Shown here: in pieces, positions 26,593-37,484 of the stretch | Numbering within the stretch: the first letter of the stretch is position 1 | Layout: every line of letters begins with the position of its first letter | Source: Candidatus Uhrbacteria bacterium | Lineage (GTDB): Bacteria; Patescibacteriota; Patescibacteriia; UBA9934; GWF2-40-263 | DNA length: 63,199 bases | Direction: 5' to 3' | NCBI GenBank assembly: GCA_016219925.1 | Contig: JACRJU010000001.1 | Location: forward strand, 1 to 63,199 | Notes under the pieces: model-generated | The model's input: the letters and a program-made list of their open reading frames with translations, nothing else | Databases searched by the model: none | Told to the model about the DNA's origin: nothing | Program-made: the position numbers and the translations under genes

Positions 26593-26913
26593 TTAGGTCT
26601 TTTTGGATGGCGTGTTTGTGGCTCCTCCGGTCGCACCAGCTTCTGCCTCTTTTTGGATCTTTCCCCCATGACGCGTAAATTTACGCGTCGGTGAAAATTC
26701 CCCAAGTTTATGACCGACCATGTTCTCCACTACACGCACCTTCACAAAATCTCTGCCGTTGTGAACGGCAAATGTGAAGCCAACCATCTCCGGAGTGATC
26801 GTGGAAGATCGTGCCCATGTTTTGATAGGGGTCGGATCTCCCTGTCGCACCTTGGAGAGTTTCTTCAGAATACTTGGATGAATAAATGGTCCTTTTTTGA
26901 GACTACGTGACAT
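26593..26913 (-). CDS. rpsS: 30S ribosomal protein S19
   Basis: [19 protein letters not shown]-terminus. Confidence 0.95.
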   Translation of the reverse strand: MSRSLKKGPFIHPSILKKLSKVRQGDPTPIKTWARSSTITPEMVGFTFAVHNGRDFVKVRVVENMVGHKLGEFSPTRKFTRHGGKIQKEAEAGATGGATNTPSKKT

Positions 26914-26927
26914 ACAGTCGTGATCAG

Positions 26928-27776
26928 TTAAGCTCCAACAAATCGCCCCTTCTTTCGACGCTTCACAATCAATTGATCAGAAGCTTTTTTGTGACGCGTT
27001 TTCACACCCAGAGCAGGCTTCCCTGTTGGAGTCTTCGGTCGTTTCAGTCCAATCGAGTTTCGACCTTCTCCCCCTCCGTGCGGGTGATCTACAGGGTTCA
27101 TCGCTTTTCCGCGCACGGTTGGACGGAATCCACGATGGCGCGTCCGGCCGGCTTTTCCCCATCGAATGAGACGACGATCTGGATTTGAAACTTGTCCAAT
27201 GGTCGCCATGCAGGCCTTTGGCACCATGCGCATTTCTCCCGATGGGAGCTTGACCGTGGCGTAAGAACCTTCAACGGCCATCAACTGTGCCCCTGTTCCC
27301 GCTCCACGAACTAACTGAGACCCTTTGCCGGGTTGTAGTTCAATATCGCATACCTGAATACCGATAGGAATATTTTGAAGCTGAAAACGGTTGCCGGTCT
27401 GGATTTCACCCTTCCCCATTGAAGAGACAACTTGGTCTCCGACTTTGAGTCCCAAAGGGGCAATCATGTAGCGCTTATCACCATCGGTATACTGTAAAAG
27501 CGCAATGCGCGCCCCGCGGTTTGGATCGTATTCAATGGTGGCGATCGTTGCGGGAATCTCAAACTTGTCGCGCTTAAAATCGATCAAACGAATACGTCGA
27601 TCCGCCCCACCTCCGCGATGACGAACCGTAATTTTTCCTTGATTCGAACGGCCAGCAAACTTTTTTCGATGAATCGTCAATTTGCGTTCTGGCTTCTGAC
27701 GTGTGACATCTTCAAAGGTATCGACACTTGAGATGCGTCGTCCGGCCGTTGTTGGTTTGTAGCGTTTGACTGGCAT
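26928..27776 (-). CDS. rplB: 50S ribosomal protein L2
   Basis: Start [10 protein letters not shown] at 27776 (ORF open to 27794); contains [12 protein letters not shown]. Confidence 0.95.
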   Translation of the reverse strand: MPVKRYKPTTAGRRISSVDTFEDVTRQKPERKLTIHRKKFAGRSNQGKITVRHRGGGADRRIRLIDFKRDKFEIPATIATIEYDPNRGARIALLQYTDGDKRYMIAPLGLKVGDQVVSSMGKGEIQTGNRFQLQNIPIGIQVCDIELQPGKGSQLVRGAGTGAQLMAVEGSYATVKLPSGEMRMVPKACMATIGQVSNPDRRLIRWGKAGRTRHRGFRPTVRGKAMNPVDHPHGGGEGRNSIGLKRPKTPTGKPALGVKTRHKKASDQLIVKRRKKGRFVGA

Positions 27777-27793
27777 AAGACAAATGGAAATCA

Positions 27794-28177
27794 TTAAACC
27801 CCTTCGTAGACCTCAATCGTTTTTCCTTTTGGAAGGGTCACCAGAGCTTTCTTCCAAGACTTTCGTCGACCCGACACCCGGCCTCGGCGGACCGCTTTTC
27901 CCGCTCGAGCTTGCATATTCACTGAGGTTGGCGTGATCCCATAAAGAGCTCGGATCGCATTTTTGACTTGAATTTTATTGGCACGGGGATTCACTTCAAA
28001 AACATACTGTCCCGTACTGGCAAGATGGGCAGCCTTCTCGGTCACCAGCGGACGCAGAATCACTCCAGAAGCCAACCCCGGTGATGGCCGCGTGGATTTC
28101 TTGGCAACCTTCGTCGAAGCTTGAGAGGCCGTCGTTGCGGGTTGTGCGTCTTCTTTTTTACGATTAAAGATTCCCAT
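27794..28177 (-). CDS. rplW: 50S ribosomal protein L23 with an N-terminal extension
   Basis: L23 core [22 protein letters not shown]. Confidence 0.92.
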   Translation of the reverse strand: MGIFNRKKEDAQPATTASQASTKVAKKSTRPSPGLASGVILRPLVTEKAAHLASTGQYVFEVNPRANKIQVKNAIRALYGITPTSVNMQARAGKAVRRGRVSGRRKSWKKALVTLPKGKTIEVYEGV

Positions 28178-28182
28178 ATTGT

Positions 28183-28818
28183 TTAGGCGCGTTTGTAGAG
28201 TTGTGTCAACACATCAATGCCGTCTTTAGAAATGACGAGACTGGCGGGCTTGAGCAAATCAACGATATTCAAAGCATTGATCGGCAGAGTCGTGACGTTT
28301 TGAAGATTTCGAGCGGCGGTTGAAACTGCTCGATTCGTCGGTTCAACGAGAATCAGTGTTTTCTTAGTAGAGATAGGAAGCTTCTTAAGGAGAGCTCCAA
28401 GCGTCTTCGTCTTGCCAGCTTCCGCTTTGAGTTGTTCAACCGCGATCAACTTACCGTCCTGAACTTTATCGCTCAAAACCATTGCCAAAGCCTTGCGTCG
28501 CGCTTTCTTATTCAACTTCACAGAAAAATTACGATCGTTGCGAGGGCCAAAAGTAATTCCTCCCCCCACCCAAATGGGTGAACGGCGAGATCCGTGACGA
28601 GCGCGACCGGTTCCTTTTTGCTTCCACGGCTTTTTTCCCGTCCCCGCAACTTCCCCACGATTTTTTGTATGAGCCACAGCCGCACGAGCATTGGCCGTCT
28701 GAGCAATGACAGCCTCATGAACGAGAGCAGGCTGAATCTCAACATCAAACAACGAGGCATCAAGTTCAATCTGTCCAACCTCTTTGCCGTCCTGATTGTA
28801 GAGGGTTACGCGAGCCAT
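28183..28818 (-). CDS. rplD: 50S ribosomal protein L4
   Basis: Sequence and conserved S10-operon order. Confidence 0.95.
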   Translation of the reverse strand: MARVTLYNQDGKEVGQIELDASLFDVEIQPALVHEAVIAQTANARAAVAHTKNRGEVAGTGKKPWKQKGTGRARHGSRRSPIWVGGGITFGPRNDRNFSVKLNKKARRKALAMVLSDKVQDGKLIAVEQLKAEAGKTKTLGALLKKLPISTKKTLILVEPTNRAVSTAARNLQNVTTLPINALNIVDLLKPASLVISKDGIDVLTQLYKRA

Positions 28819-29432
28819 ATCGATGTGCTTTCGGTTGACTTGATAAAGATGAGACCTCCGCGAGCTCCTGGAATCGCGCCCTTAATGGCAATCTCATTTT
28901 TTGCAGGATCAATGGAAACCACTTCCAGATTCTTCACCGTCACGCGTTCGTCTCCCATATGACCACCCATGCGTTGCCCTTTAATCACCTTTCCTTGACG
29001 TTGAGAGGCGATGGATCCCGGCATGCGCTGTTGATCTTTGTTTCCATGCGTCATCTTGCCTCCTTTGAATCCATGACGCTTCATAACACCCGCAAAACCA
29101 TGTCCCTTAGAGAACCCCACGACGTCAACTCGCATTCCCGGAGTAAAGGCATCTACGCGCACTTCGTCTCCTCGATTCATCGATGTTTCAGGAATACGAA
29201 ATTCCTGGAGGGTTTTCACCTGTGCAATACCTTTGAGGTGACCCTGCTCGGCCTGGTTCAACCGAGTCGTAACCTCGGCTCCAAGCTGGACGGCGACATA
29301 CCCATCTTTTTCTTGTGTTCGAACCTGTGTGACCACATTGGGCTCTGCTTTCACAAGAGTAACAGGAACAACTGTCCCATCTTCCTTAAACTGCTGGGTC
29401 ATTTCAATTTTTCGCCCGATGATGAATGGCAT
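28806..29432 (-). CDS. rplC: 50S ribosomal protein L3
   Basis: Start MPFIIGRKIEMTQ at 29432 (ORF open to 29450). Confidence 0.95.
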   Translation of the reverse strand: MPFIIGRKIEMTQQFKEDGTVVPVTLVKAEPNVVTQVRTQEKDGYVAVQLGAEVTTRLNQAEQGHLKGIAQVKTLQEFRIPETSMNRGDEVRVDAFTPGMRVDVVGFSKGHGFAGVMKRHGFKGGKMTHGNKDQQRMPGSIASQRQGKVIKGQRMGGHMGDERVTVKNLEVVSIDPAKNEIAIKGAIPGARGGLIFIKSTESTSIWLA

Positions 29433-29455
29433 AGATATCTGAAGTCTCAACTAGC

Positions 29456-29509
29456 AAAAAGCTAGAAGTCGAACGTACACCCCCTTCGGGTAAACGACCG
29501 GCTTCTAGC
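29456..29509 (-). promoter_or_regulatory. terminator/attenuator-like compound hairpin upstream of rplC
   Basis: Outer stem gctagaag/cttctagc (29461-68/29502-09) with inner stems gtcg/cgac and a ccc/ggg stem capped by c-ttcg-g on the plus strand. On the mRNA (minus) strand it is followed by U5 (29460-29456), about 24 nt before the rplC ATG. Confidence 0.35.
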
Positions 29510-29783
29510 CTCAAACGGATCCAACCGAACAAAAAACGGCTGGTGGAGTTTTGAGGAATGCAAAATGGAATGAATAAACGAGAACTCCTCTCTGATGGGC
29601 CAAAGCGCGGGAAGGTTTTCGTATAGATCTTTCTTCCTGGTTCGAGCATCAGCGATATGAACGCGTCTCAAAATTGGATGGAATATCGGCGCGCACCGAG
29701 GACGTCGCCGAGCCGTACGAAAATGTACGGTGAGGCGGCGCCCAGAGGCGCAAGCTGATAGATTACCAATTTTGAAGCGTGTT

Positions 29784-30116
29784 CTAGGTTTTAATTTCGA
29801 CGTCCACCCCAGCCGGCAAGTTCAAACTCATGAGTGAATCGATGGTCCGGTCCGTGGGCTCGGAGATGTCAATGAGACGTTTGTGCACGCGCATCTCATA
29901 CTGTTCGCGCGAATCTTTGTGAACGAAGGTGGAACGATTGACCGTATACTTGCGCTTCTCAGTAGGAAGCGGCACAGGTCCGACCACTTTCGCTCCAGAT
30001 CGCTCGACCGTCTTGATGATCGTTTGCGTGGCCTGATCGATAATTTTATTATCGTAGGCCTTGATCTTAATGCGAATGCGTGACTTCTCTTCTTCAGTTT
30101 TCTTCTGGTCCTTCAC
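29784..30116 (-). CDS. rpsJ: 30S ribosomal protein S10
   Basis: [16 protein letters not shown] core, directly downstream of tuf. Confidence 0.95.
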   Translation of the reverse strand: MKDQKKTEEEKSRIRIKIKAYDNKIIDQATQTIIKTVERSGAKVVGPVPLPTEKRKYTVNRSTFVHKDSREQYEMRVHKRLIDISEPTDRTIDSLMSLNLPAGVDVEIKT

Positions 30117-30147
30117 AGAGTTAAAGAAAGAACGATGAGGCCATTAG

Positions 30148-31341
30148 TTACTTAAGGATCTTTGTCACCACACCCGCTCCGACCGTGTGACCACCTTCGC
30201 GAATGGCAAACGACATTTTCTCTTCAAGCGCAACAGGTTGGATGAGTTTGATGGTCAAATTTACGGTATCTCCAGGCATGACCATTTCCGTTCCTTCTGG
30301 AAGCGTCACTTCGCCTGTCACGTCAGTTGTGCGAATGTAAAACTGTGGTTTGTATCCTTTGAAGAACGGTTTGTGGCGTCCACCCTCTTCCTTGGCCAAA
30401 CAATAGACTTCGGCTTCAAACTCTGTGTGAGGGGTGATGGATCCTGGCTTGGCAAGCACCATGCCGCGCTCAACATCCTCCTTCTTAATGCCACGCAAGA
30501 GCACACCGGCGTTATCACCCGCACGACCTTCGTTTAACTGTTTGTTAAACATTTCGATTCCGGTAACGATGGTCTTGACGGGATCTTCTCTTAATCCAAC
30601 AATCTGAACTTCTTCGTTGAGTTTGACGATACCGCGTTCGATACGACCCGTGACGACCGTTCCGCGACCTTCGATCGAGAACACATCTTCAATAGGCATC
30701 AAGAATGGCTTTTCGATGTCACGGACAGGCTCTGGAATATATGTGTCCAACGCGTTGATAATGTCCATGATTGGCTTGCTTGCCGCTTCATCGGAAAGAT
30801 TCTCAAGAGCTTTCAAAGCGCTTCCACGGATCACTGGCACTTCATCGCCAGGAAATTCGTACTTCTTAAGCAGATCGCGCACTTCCTCTTCGACTAAATC
30901 AATAAGCTCTGGATCATCAACCATGTCGACTTTATTCAAGAAAACAACAATAGCTGGCACGCCCACCTGACGCGCAAGCAAAATGTGTTCGCGGGTCTGA
31001 GGCATCGGACCGTCGGCAGCGGACACAACCAAAATGGCACCGTCCATCTGGGCGGCTCCGGTAATCATGTTCTTAATATAGTCGGCGTGTCCCGGACAGT
31101 CGACGTGCGCGTAGTGGCGCTTGTCGGACTCATACTCACAGTGAGCCGTGGCAATGGTAATGCCGCGTGCCTTAGACTCTGGGGCTTTGTCGAGATCATC
31201 GACGCCCTTGTGTTGAGCGATCATGCCCTTGGCAGCCAAAACCGCCAAGATCGCCGCCGTGGTCGTGGTTTTTCCGTGGTCAACGTGACCGATCGTACCG
31301 ACGTTCACGTGCGGCTTGTTGCGCTCGAAAACTTCTGCCAT
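30148..31341 (-). CDS. tuf: elongation factor Tu
   Basis: 397 aa with [17 protein letters not shown] and NKVD motifs. Confidence 0.97.
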   Translation of the reverse strand: MAEVFERNKPHVNVGTIGHVDHGKTTTTAAILAVLAAKGMIAQHKGVDDLDKAPESKARGITIATAHCEYESDKRHYAHVDCPGHADYIKNMITGAAQMDGAILVVSAADGPMPQTREHILLARQVGVPAIVVFLNKVDMVDDPELIDLVEEEVRDLLKKYEFPGDEVPVIRGSALKALENLSDEAASKPIMDIINALDTYIPEPVRDIEKPFLMPIEDVFSIEGRGTVVTGRIERGIVKLNEEVQIVGLREDPVKTIVTGIEMFNKQLNEGRAGDNAGVLLRGIKKEDVERGMVLAKPGSITPHTEFEAEVYCLAKEEGGRHKPFFKGYKPQFYIRTTDVTGEVTLPEGTEMVMPGDTVNLTIKLIQPVALEEKMSFAIREGGHTVGAGVVTKILK

Positions 31342-31467
31342 ACAAAAAGATAATTAGATGTTGATAGTTAGAATTATAGGGAATTTCAGACGAGCGAAAG
31401 TTTAACAGAACCCTTTAAAATATGCAAGTATTAAGGGGCACAGGTTATTAACACAGGAAAACAGGCT

Positions 31468-31866
31468 TTATTCGATTGGTTCCAGATAAAATTGCTCCTC
31501 ACCGAATTGATCTGAATCTGGCTTATTTTCCTCTTTTTTTGGCTCCTTTTCATCCTGGATTGTCTCGGGGGTCTTTTTCTCAACAAATTGTCTGTACTGA
31601 TCCTCCAGATCAGCAAGCTCTCCGGCATCCATTTGGTCCATGTCCCAGGTTTCTCCTTCTACGCCAGCTGGTTTCATGGTATGCCAGACATCTGGCTGAG
31701 ATTCCTCGGCCTGGTCTTCCTCATAGACCGCTGATAGATCTAAAAGAGCCTCATATTGATCCAGATCCATGACCACAAACACCTTTTCGCCATCAGGATC
31801 CGTAACAATAAGCGTGTCTCCTGTGCGACGAACAAGCTCTAAAATGCGATGAAATTGGTCTTTCAT
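31468..31866 (-). CDS. hypothetical protein with a Phd/YefM-like N-terminal fold and a highly acidic C-terminal tail
   Basis: The start at MKDQFHRILELVRRTGDTLIVTDPDGEKVFVVMDLDQYEALLD resembles antitoxin-type beta-alpha folds. The remainder is D/E-rich. The ORF is open to 31965. Confidence 0.45.
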   Translation of the reverse strand: MKDQFHRILELVRRTGDTLIVTDPDGEKVFVVMDLDQYEALLDLSAVYEEDQAEESQPDVWHTMKPAGVEGETWDMDQMDAGELADLEDQYRQFVEKKTPETIQDEKEPKKEENKPDSDQFGEEQFYLEPIE

Positions 31867-32068
31867 AAAAAGTGGCAATGAATAGAATAGAAAAGTAACA
31901 AACAGACAAGCAGGAGTCAAACTTGACAAAAAAGCCAATTTCTGGTATCCTACTGTCTTGTGCAATATCGCGATAGCGTCTGAATCTTATCAGCACAAGG
32001 ACGAAGCGGTCGAACAGGATAAATCAACATTGTTACGCCTGAAACACACTTCAATCATTCAGATGCTC

Positions 32069-32100
32069 AAAACACCCCTGCGAGTTTGCTCGCGGGGGTG
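32069..32100 (-). terminator. intrinsic (possibly bidirectional) terminator after the kinase-like gene
   Basis: 12-bp stem cacccctgcgag/ctcgcgggggtg (32073-84/32089-100) with a tttg loop. It is flanked by an A4 run on one side and TTTGTTTT on the other. Confidence 0.55.
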
Positions 32101-32106
32101 TTTGTT

Positions 32107-33126
32107 TTATCCAACAACTTTTTTCATTTGAGCGATCTTCTTTTTGTAATCGACAAATTCTTTGAGCTGCCCACGACAACGAGCAAGATTATGCGCCCGT
32201 CGTGATGGATATCTTTTTTTGTCCCAGCCGAAATACGAGTCATCAAAATAATCTGTCAAAAATCGCGCCGCGAGTTCTAGAATAATTGTTCCAACTGCAC
32301 GAACCACAAGCGAACGCTCTTGTTTCGTCAGAAACCCGGCGGCTCCTTTTTGATATCCCTGCCACGCCGCCTTAAACAGCGGAAGAGAAAAGGTATTATG
32401 TGGATCATCTTCTTGTTTACCGCACCACGAACGAAACGCATCTCCGAGTTCAACCAAAACAGGCATACGACTACAGGTATCCAAATCAATAATTGCCGCC
32501 GCTCGACCTCTTATAAATAGAATGTTGGATATTTTTGGGTCTCCGTGAATAACGCGGAGAGGAAGGGTGCGCGGCAAGAGATAGTGTGACATTTCTTTTT
32601 TCAACAAATGGATTTCTTCTTTGACCGCTCCCGCACAGGAATCAGAAGCATACGCGTTAATCGTCCGCAAAAATTTCTCGTAAACTTTTTGTGTCTGATG
32701 CAAAACAAGCGTGGAATGAAACGGACTTTTGAGATCCGCCATGGCTAAATGAAACGCCCCAAAAATTTCTCCAGCTTGTGCGGCCATAGAAACTCCGGTA
32801 AGCCGATCAAACGTTTTACCCGGTAATTTTGTTTGAAGCCGCCAAGCGCGCTCTCCCAAACGAGCGTGAATTTTTCCCAAACGTGTTTTAATTATTTCTG
32901 AACTGCGAAACCCTTTGGCAAGCAAATGAGTGGTAACGTGAACAGCATCCTTTCCCACTCCCTCTGAACACAATAAGGGATGAAGCTCTTGCATGATATA
33001 CTGTCCTCGATGGGTCTCTAGCAAAAACGTCTTGTGGATGAGTCCAGAAGTTAACGGGATAAGATGTTTTATCTTCCCAAGATCATACTGGGCCAAAACG
33101 GCCTTTGGAATTATTTCTTTTTTCAT
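32107..33126 (-). CDS. aminoglycoside/choline-kinase-like phosphotransferase (APH family)
   Basis: 339 aa with catalytic loop VIHGDPKISNILF and IIDLDT (DxD). Confidence 0.7.
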   Translation of the reverse strand: MKKEIIPKAVLAQYDLGKIKHLIPLTSGLIHKTFLLETHRGQYIMQELHPLLCSEGVGKDAVHVTTHLLAKGFRSSEIIKTRLGKIHARLGERAWRLQTKLPGKTFDRLTGVSMAAQAGEIFGAFHLAMADLKSPFHSTLVLHQTQKVYEKFLRTINAYASDSCAGAVKEEIHLLKKEMSHYLLPRTLPLRVIHGDPKISNILFIRGRAAAIIDLDTCSRMPVLVELGDAFRSWCGKQEDDPHNTFSLPLFKAAWQGYQKGAAGFLTKQERSLVVRAVGTIILELAARFLTDYFDDSYFGWDKKRYPSRRAHNLARCRGQLKEFVDYKKKIAQMKKVVG

Positions 33127-33663
33127 ATGGACTATATATTTATCCTACTCGTCGGCGGTTCCCTTGTCATCCTCTCGTGTTTGGCTTCGATTTTTTGGTT
33201 TGGAGGATTTCTTCTCCCGCTCATTTTTAACGGCGCTCCGTTTGTGCCGACATCCAATAAGACAACCTCTCTGATGATCGAAATGGCAAAAGTTTTACCG
33301 ACAGATACGGTAATTGATTTGGGAAGTGGTGATGGACGTTTGCTCATTGCCGCCGTCGAAGCCGGGGCACAAAAAGGGATCGGCTACGAAATTCATCCCG
33401 GACTTGTTTGGCTTTCACGCTTGCGGGTTCATCTCAGAAGGTTAGATGACCGCATCACGATTCTTCAAAAATCTTATTGGCAAGCCGACCTCGAGGGCAT
33501 CTCGCTTGTCGTGCTCTATCAAATTCCCGATTCGATGCAACGTCTGGGCGATAAACTCAAACGCGAGCTCCCCAAGGGAGCTCGCGTCGTGTCTCATGCG
33601 TTTCCGTTTCCCGGTTGGGCGCCGGATGAAACGCGTGGAAAAATTTTGCACTATACGCTTTAG
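33127..33663 (+). CDS. class I SAM-dependent methyltransferase with an N-terminal TM helix
   Basis: Motif I VIDLGSGDGRLL. The ATG at 33127 abuts the kinase start codon (CATATG). An alternative start lies at 33064. Confidence 0.7.
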   Translation: MDYIFILLVGGSLVILSCLASIFWFGGFLLPLIFNGAPFVPTSNKTTSLMIEMAKVLPTDTVIDLGSGDGRLLIAAVEAGAQKGIGYEIHPGLVWLSRLRVHLRRLDDRITILQKSYWQADLEGISLVVLYQIPDSMQRLGDKLKRELPKGARVVSHAFPFPGWAPDETRGKILHYTL

Positions 33664-33665
33664 CG

Positions 33666-35753
33666 TTAGGCCGTCTTCCCGCCCCGCTTTTCAATAATTT
33701 CTTTGGCCACGTTTGTCGGAACAGGTTCGTAGTGATCAAATTCCATCGAATAACTCGCGCGTCCTTGAGTAATTGAACGCAACGAAGTTGCGTAGCCGAA
33801 CATTTCCGCAAGCGGAACGAAAGCATCGATCACTTTTGCTCCGGAACGATCATTCATTTGCTGAATCTGTCCGCGCTTGGAGTTGAGATCGCCCACAACC
33901 GTTCCCATAAAATCTTCTGGGGTCACCACCTCGACTTTCATCATGGGTTCGAGCAGTTCGAGCCCGGCTTTGCGTGCAGCGGCTTGAAAAGCCATGGAAC
34001 CCGCAATCTTAAATGCAGCTTCTGAGGAGTCCACTTCGTGAAAAGATCCATCATACAAGACGACTTTAACGTCCAGGAGCGGATAACCAGCAAGCACCCC
34101 ACGATCTGCGGCTTCACGAGCGCCCTTTTCAATTGGATTAAAGTATTCTTTCGGGATGGCTCCGCCCTTAATTTCTTCTTCAAACTCCACACCAGATCCT
34201 GCGGGAAGTTTTTCAATGCGCACCCAACAGTGCCCGTATTGCCCTCGACCACCAGACTGGCGAATATACTTTCCTTCTCCTTCCGCATTGCCTTTGATCG
34301 TCTCGCGATAAGACACCTGTGGGGCACCGACATTACATTCAACGTTAAACTCGCGTTTCATACGATCCACGATAATATCCAGGTGCAATTCACCCATTCC
34401 TGAGATGATCACCTGGTTGGTCTCTTCATCTGTTCGTACACGAAACGTTGGATCTTCTTCTGCCAACTTCTGCAACGCAATACCCATCTTTTCTTGATCG
34501 GCTTTGGTCTTGGGTTCAATCGCGATGGAAATAACCGGCTCAGGAAACACAATGGATTCAAGCAAAATCGGCTGGTCGGGATCGCACAGCGTGTGGCCCG
34601 TAAACGTTCCCTTCAGACCAACCATCGCCGCGATGTCTCCCGAAAAAACTTCGCTCACTTCTTCACGCGCGTTGGCGTGCAAACGCACAATACGGCTGAC
34701 GCGTTCTTTCTCGCCGGTCGAAGAGTTCAAAATGTACGAACCGGATTTCACCGTTCCAGAATAGACGCGGAAAAACGCCAGCTTTCCTACATACGGGTCA
34801 GCCGCGATCTTAAACGCGAGCGCAGCAAACGGCTCTTCGTCGCTCGCATGACGCTCAAGCGCCTTTTCTGGGTCTTCGGGATCTGTTCCTCTCACCGCTG
34901 GAACATCAAGAGGGCTTGGCAGATAAGCAACCACCGCATCAAGAAGCATCTGCACTCCTTTGTTTTTAAGCGCACTCCCGCACATCACGGGCACAAATTG
35001 GTTTGCGATTGTGGCTCTGCGAATGACGGCCTTAACTTCTTCTTGCGTCAGCTCTTCGCCACCTAGATATTTGTTCATCAACGCCTCATCATTTTCCGCA
35101 ACGGCTTCGATCAGTTTACCGTGCCATTCCTTCGCTTGCTCCGCATATTCTGCGGGAATATCTGACTCTTCGATTTCTTTACCCAAATCATCGTGATAAA
35201 CGAATGCGCGCATGCGGATCAAATCAATGATCCCTTTAAAATTTCCTTCCGTACCTATGGGGAGCTGAATCGGATAGGCATACTTCGTCAGCCGATCATG
35301 AACGGATTTCAAATCTTTAAAAAAATCCGCACCGGTACGATCGAGCTTATTGATAAAACAAATACGTGGCACGGCATAATCGTCCGCGTAGCGCCAGTTG
35401 GTTTCGGATTGTGGTTCCACACCCGCAACCCCATCAAACACCGCGACCCCTCCATCGAGCACGCGCATGGAGCGCTTCACTTCAACGGTAAAGTCGATGT
35501 GTCCAGGAGTATCGATAAGGTTGAGCCGATGATCTTTCCAAAAACACGTTGTCGCGGCGGCGGTAATCGTAATGCCGCGCTCGCGCTCTTGAGCCATCCA
35601 GTCCATGGTTGCTTCTCCTTCGTGCACTTCCCCAATTTTGTGTTTGCGTCCGGTGTAAAAAAGCACGCGTTCGGAAACGGTTGTCTTGCCGGCATCAATG
35701 TGAGCAAAAATTCCAAAGTTACGAGTCTTCTCAAGCGGATATTCACGGGGCAT
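33666..35753 (-). CDS. fusA: elongation factor G
   Basis: 695 aa with AHIDAGKTT and DTPGHIDF. Confidence 0.97.
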   Translation of the reverse strand: MPREYPLEKTRNFGIFAHIDAGKTTVSERVLFYTGRKHKIGEVHEGEATMDWMAQERERGITITAAATTCFWKDHRLNLIDTPGHIDFTVEVKRSMRVLDGGVAVFDGVAGVEPQSETNWRYADDYAVPRICFINKLDRTGADFFKDLKSVHDRLTKYAYPIQLPIGTEGNFKGIIDLIRMRAFVYHDDLGKEIEESDIPAEYAEQAKEWHGKLIEAVAENDEALMNKYLGGEELTQEEVKAVIRRATIANQFVPVMCGSALKNKGVQMLLDAVVAYLPSPLDVPAVRGTDPEDPEKALERHASDEEPFAALAFKIAADPYVGKLAFFRVYSGTVKSGSYILNSSTGEKERVSRIVRLHANAREEVSEVFSGDIAAMVGLKGTFTGHTLCDPDQPILLESIVFPEPVISIAIEPKTKADQEKMGIALQKLAEEDPTFRVRTDEETNQVIISGMGELHLDIIVDRMKREFNVECNVGAPQVSYRETIKGNAEGEGKYIRQSGGRGQYGHCWVRIEKLPAGSGVEFEEEIKGGAIPKEYFNPIEKGAREAADRGVLAGYPLLDVKVVLYDGSFHEVDSSEAAFKIAGSMAFQAAARKAGLELLEPMMKVEVVTPEDFMGTVVGDLNSKRGQIQQMNDRSGAKVIDAFVPLAEMFGYATSLRSITQGRASYSMEFDHYEPVPTNVAKEIIEKRGGKTA

Positions 35754-35767
35754 ATGGAGAACAAGAC

Positions 35768-36235
35768 TTAACGAGCAAAATGAGCGAACGCGCGGTTGGC
35801 TTCAGCCATCTTTTGCACGTCCAGTTTTTTCTTTACGGCATCGCCTTCATTATTGGCCGCGGCAATTAACTCATCAGCGAGCTTCAAAGCCATCCGACGA
35901 CCCTTCTTGGAGCGAGCCGCGTTAAGAATCCATCGAAACGCCAAAACGGAACGGCGTTCGCCGCGCACAGGCATCGGAACTTGATAGTTGGCTCCTCCGA
36001 CGCGCTTACTTTTCACCTCCAAAGAAGGCATGACATTTTTGAGAGCGTTATCAAAAATATCGATCGCGTTTTGTTTCGTCTTTTCGGCAATCACTTCAAA
36101 CGACTCATACACAACGGCTTGTGCCGTCGATTTCTTACCGTCTTTCATGATGTGATTGATGAGTTTTGCAACCAAAGGACTCCCAAACTTTGGATCGGGG
36201 GTGAGTTCACGTTTTGCAATGGGTCTTCCGCGCAT
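35768..36235 (-). CDS. rpsG: 30S ribosomal protein S7
   Basis: Sequence and str-operon order. Confidence 0.95.
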   Translation of the reverse strand: MRGRPIAKRELTPDPKFGSPLVAKLINHIMKDGKKSTAQAVVYESFEVIAEKTKQNAIDIFDNALKNVMPSLEVKSKRVGGANYQVPMPVRGERRSVLAFRWILNAARSKKGRRMALKLADELIAAANNEGDAVKKKLDVQKMAEANRAFAHFAR

Positions 36236-36299
36236 AGTTTGATGGATACGAGTCGGTTATCTTCCTCCCTGCGTTGAGAGTACTCCGACTCTTCATGAG

Positions 36300-36731
36300 T
36301 TATTTTTTCGCTGTTTTCTTTCCGCGTTTAGCGCCGTACTTGGAACGACCTTGCTTGCGGCCATCAACACCCTGGGTATCATATACGCCGCGGACGATGT
36401 GGTAACGCACACCTGGCAAGTCTTTCACACGCCCGCCACGAATCATGACGATGGAGTGTTCTTGCAAGTTATGACCCTCGCCAGGAATATAGGCGTTAAC
36501 CTCCATACCGTTTGAAAGGCGCACGCGCGCAATCTTTCGAATGGCGGAGTTTGGTTTCTTTGGGGTCATGGTTGTCACCTTCACGCACACCCCGCGCTTA
36601 AACGAGCTTCCTTTGGGATAGTCCGTGCGCTTGCGGTGTAACGAGTCGTAAGTGAACTGCAAAGCCGGCGACTTGGATTTGGTCGACTTGGACTTGCGTC
36701 CTTTGCGGATCAATTGATTCACGGTTGGCAT
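36300..36731 (-). CDS. rpsL: 30S ribosomal protein S12
   Basis: Start [13 protein letters not shown] at 36731 (ORF open to 36797). Confidence 0.95.
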   Translation of the reverse strand: MPTVNQLIRKGRKSKSTKSKSPALQFTYDSLHRKRTDYPKGSSFKRGVCVKVTTMTPKKPNSAIRKIARVRLSNGMEVNAYIPGEGHNLQEHSIVMIRGGRVKDLPGVRYHIVRGVYDTQGVDGRKQGRSKYGAKRGKKTAKK

Positions 36732-36804
36732 AAGAAAAAACAAATGAAAATGCGAGCGAAGGTTATCATTTGTCCCAAAAAGCGTCAAGAAGGTCACTCC
36801 TCAA

Positions 36805-37482
36805 CTAAAGAGTGGCAAAAAGTGAGGAAAAATAGTCTAAACAGGTTTTTCCAGTTAAGGCGTCGCAGGTGCGATAGGCCGGAGCGGCAATAAAAAAGAA
36901 GACATCGATGTTGGTGAGGATCGCAACGAACACGGCAATCATGAGAATTTGTGGACCCCGAATCGCGACAAAGGCGCGCAGGCGCGCATATTGAGGTTGA
37001 TCAAACAGAGCAAAAAACAACTTTGAGCCATCAAGCGGATGGATTGGAATAACGTTGAAGAACAGGAGGAACAGATTTAACAAAATCAGAAGAAAAAAGA
37101 AGACGGTGAGCGCGTTGAACGATCCTAAGCTGGCAGAGGTCAGACGAAAACCAGCAGCGCTGATGATCGCAAGCGCGAGATTTGCCGCAGGGCCGGCAAG
37201 CGCGATTGACACCGAATCCCACTTTGGGTTTTTCAAATTGTATGGATTAAACGGCACCGGCTTAGCCCATCCAAAACCAAATAACAAAAGCGGAATAAAT
37301 CCAATCAGATCAAGATGTGCAAGAGGATTCAGCGATAAACGACCTTCGCGTTCAGCCGTTTTATCTCCAAGCAGACCTCCGACGAACGCATGGGAAAATT
37401 CATGAATCGTCAAAGACAACAAAATCGCAACCAACCAAACCAGACCAAGAAGAGGTGAGGAAAAAAGAAGCGTCAAAAACAT
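36805..37482 (-). CDS. site-2 protease family (M50) membrane metalloprotease
   Basis: HEFSHAF (HExxH) in a TM helix and a later PLDGSK motif; polytopic. Confidence 0.8.
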   Translation of the reverse strand: MFLTLLFSSPLLGLVWLVAILLSLTIHEFSHAFVGGLLGDKTAEREGRLSLNPLAHLDLIGFIPLLLFGFGWAKPVPFNPYNLKNPKWDSVSIALAGPAANLALAIISAAGFRLTSASLGSFNALTVFFFLLILLNLFLLFFNVIPIHPLDGSKLFFALFDQPQYARLRAFVAIRGPQILMIAVFVAILTNIDVFFFIAAPAYRTCDALTGKTCLDYFSSLFATL

Positions 37483-37484
37483 AC

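Noticed and set aside
29620-29660. GGTTCGAGC T-loop-like motif in the S10 spacer as a possible tRNA
   Set aside because: I could not build an acceptor stem, D-arm or anticodon arm around it.
29404-29671. 81-aa and 69-aa minus-strand ORFs in the rpsJ-rplC spacer
   Set aside because: They have no SD, unusual composition, and overlap the rplC start. The region is better explained by RNA structure.
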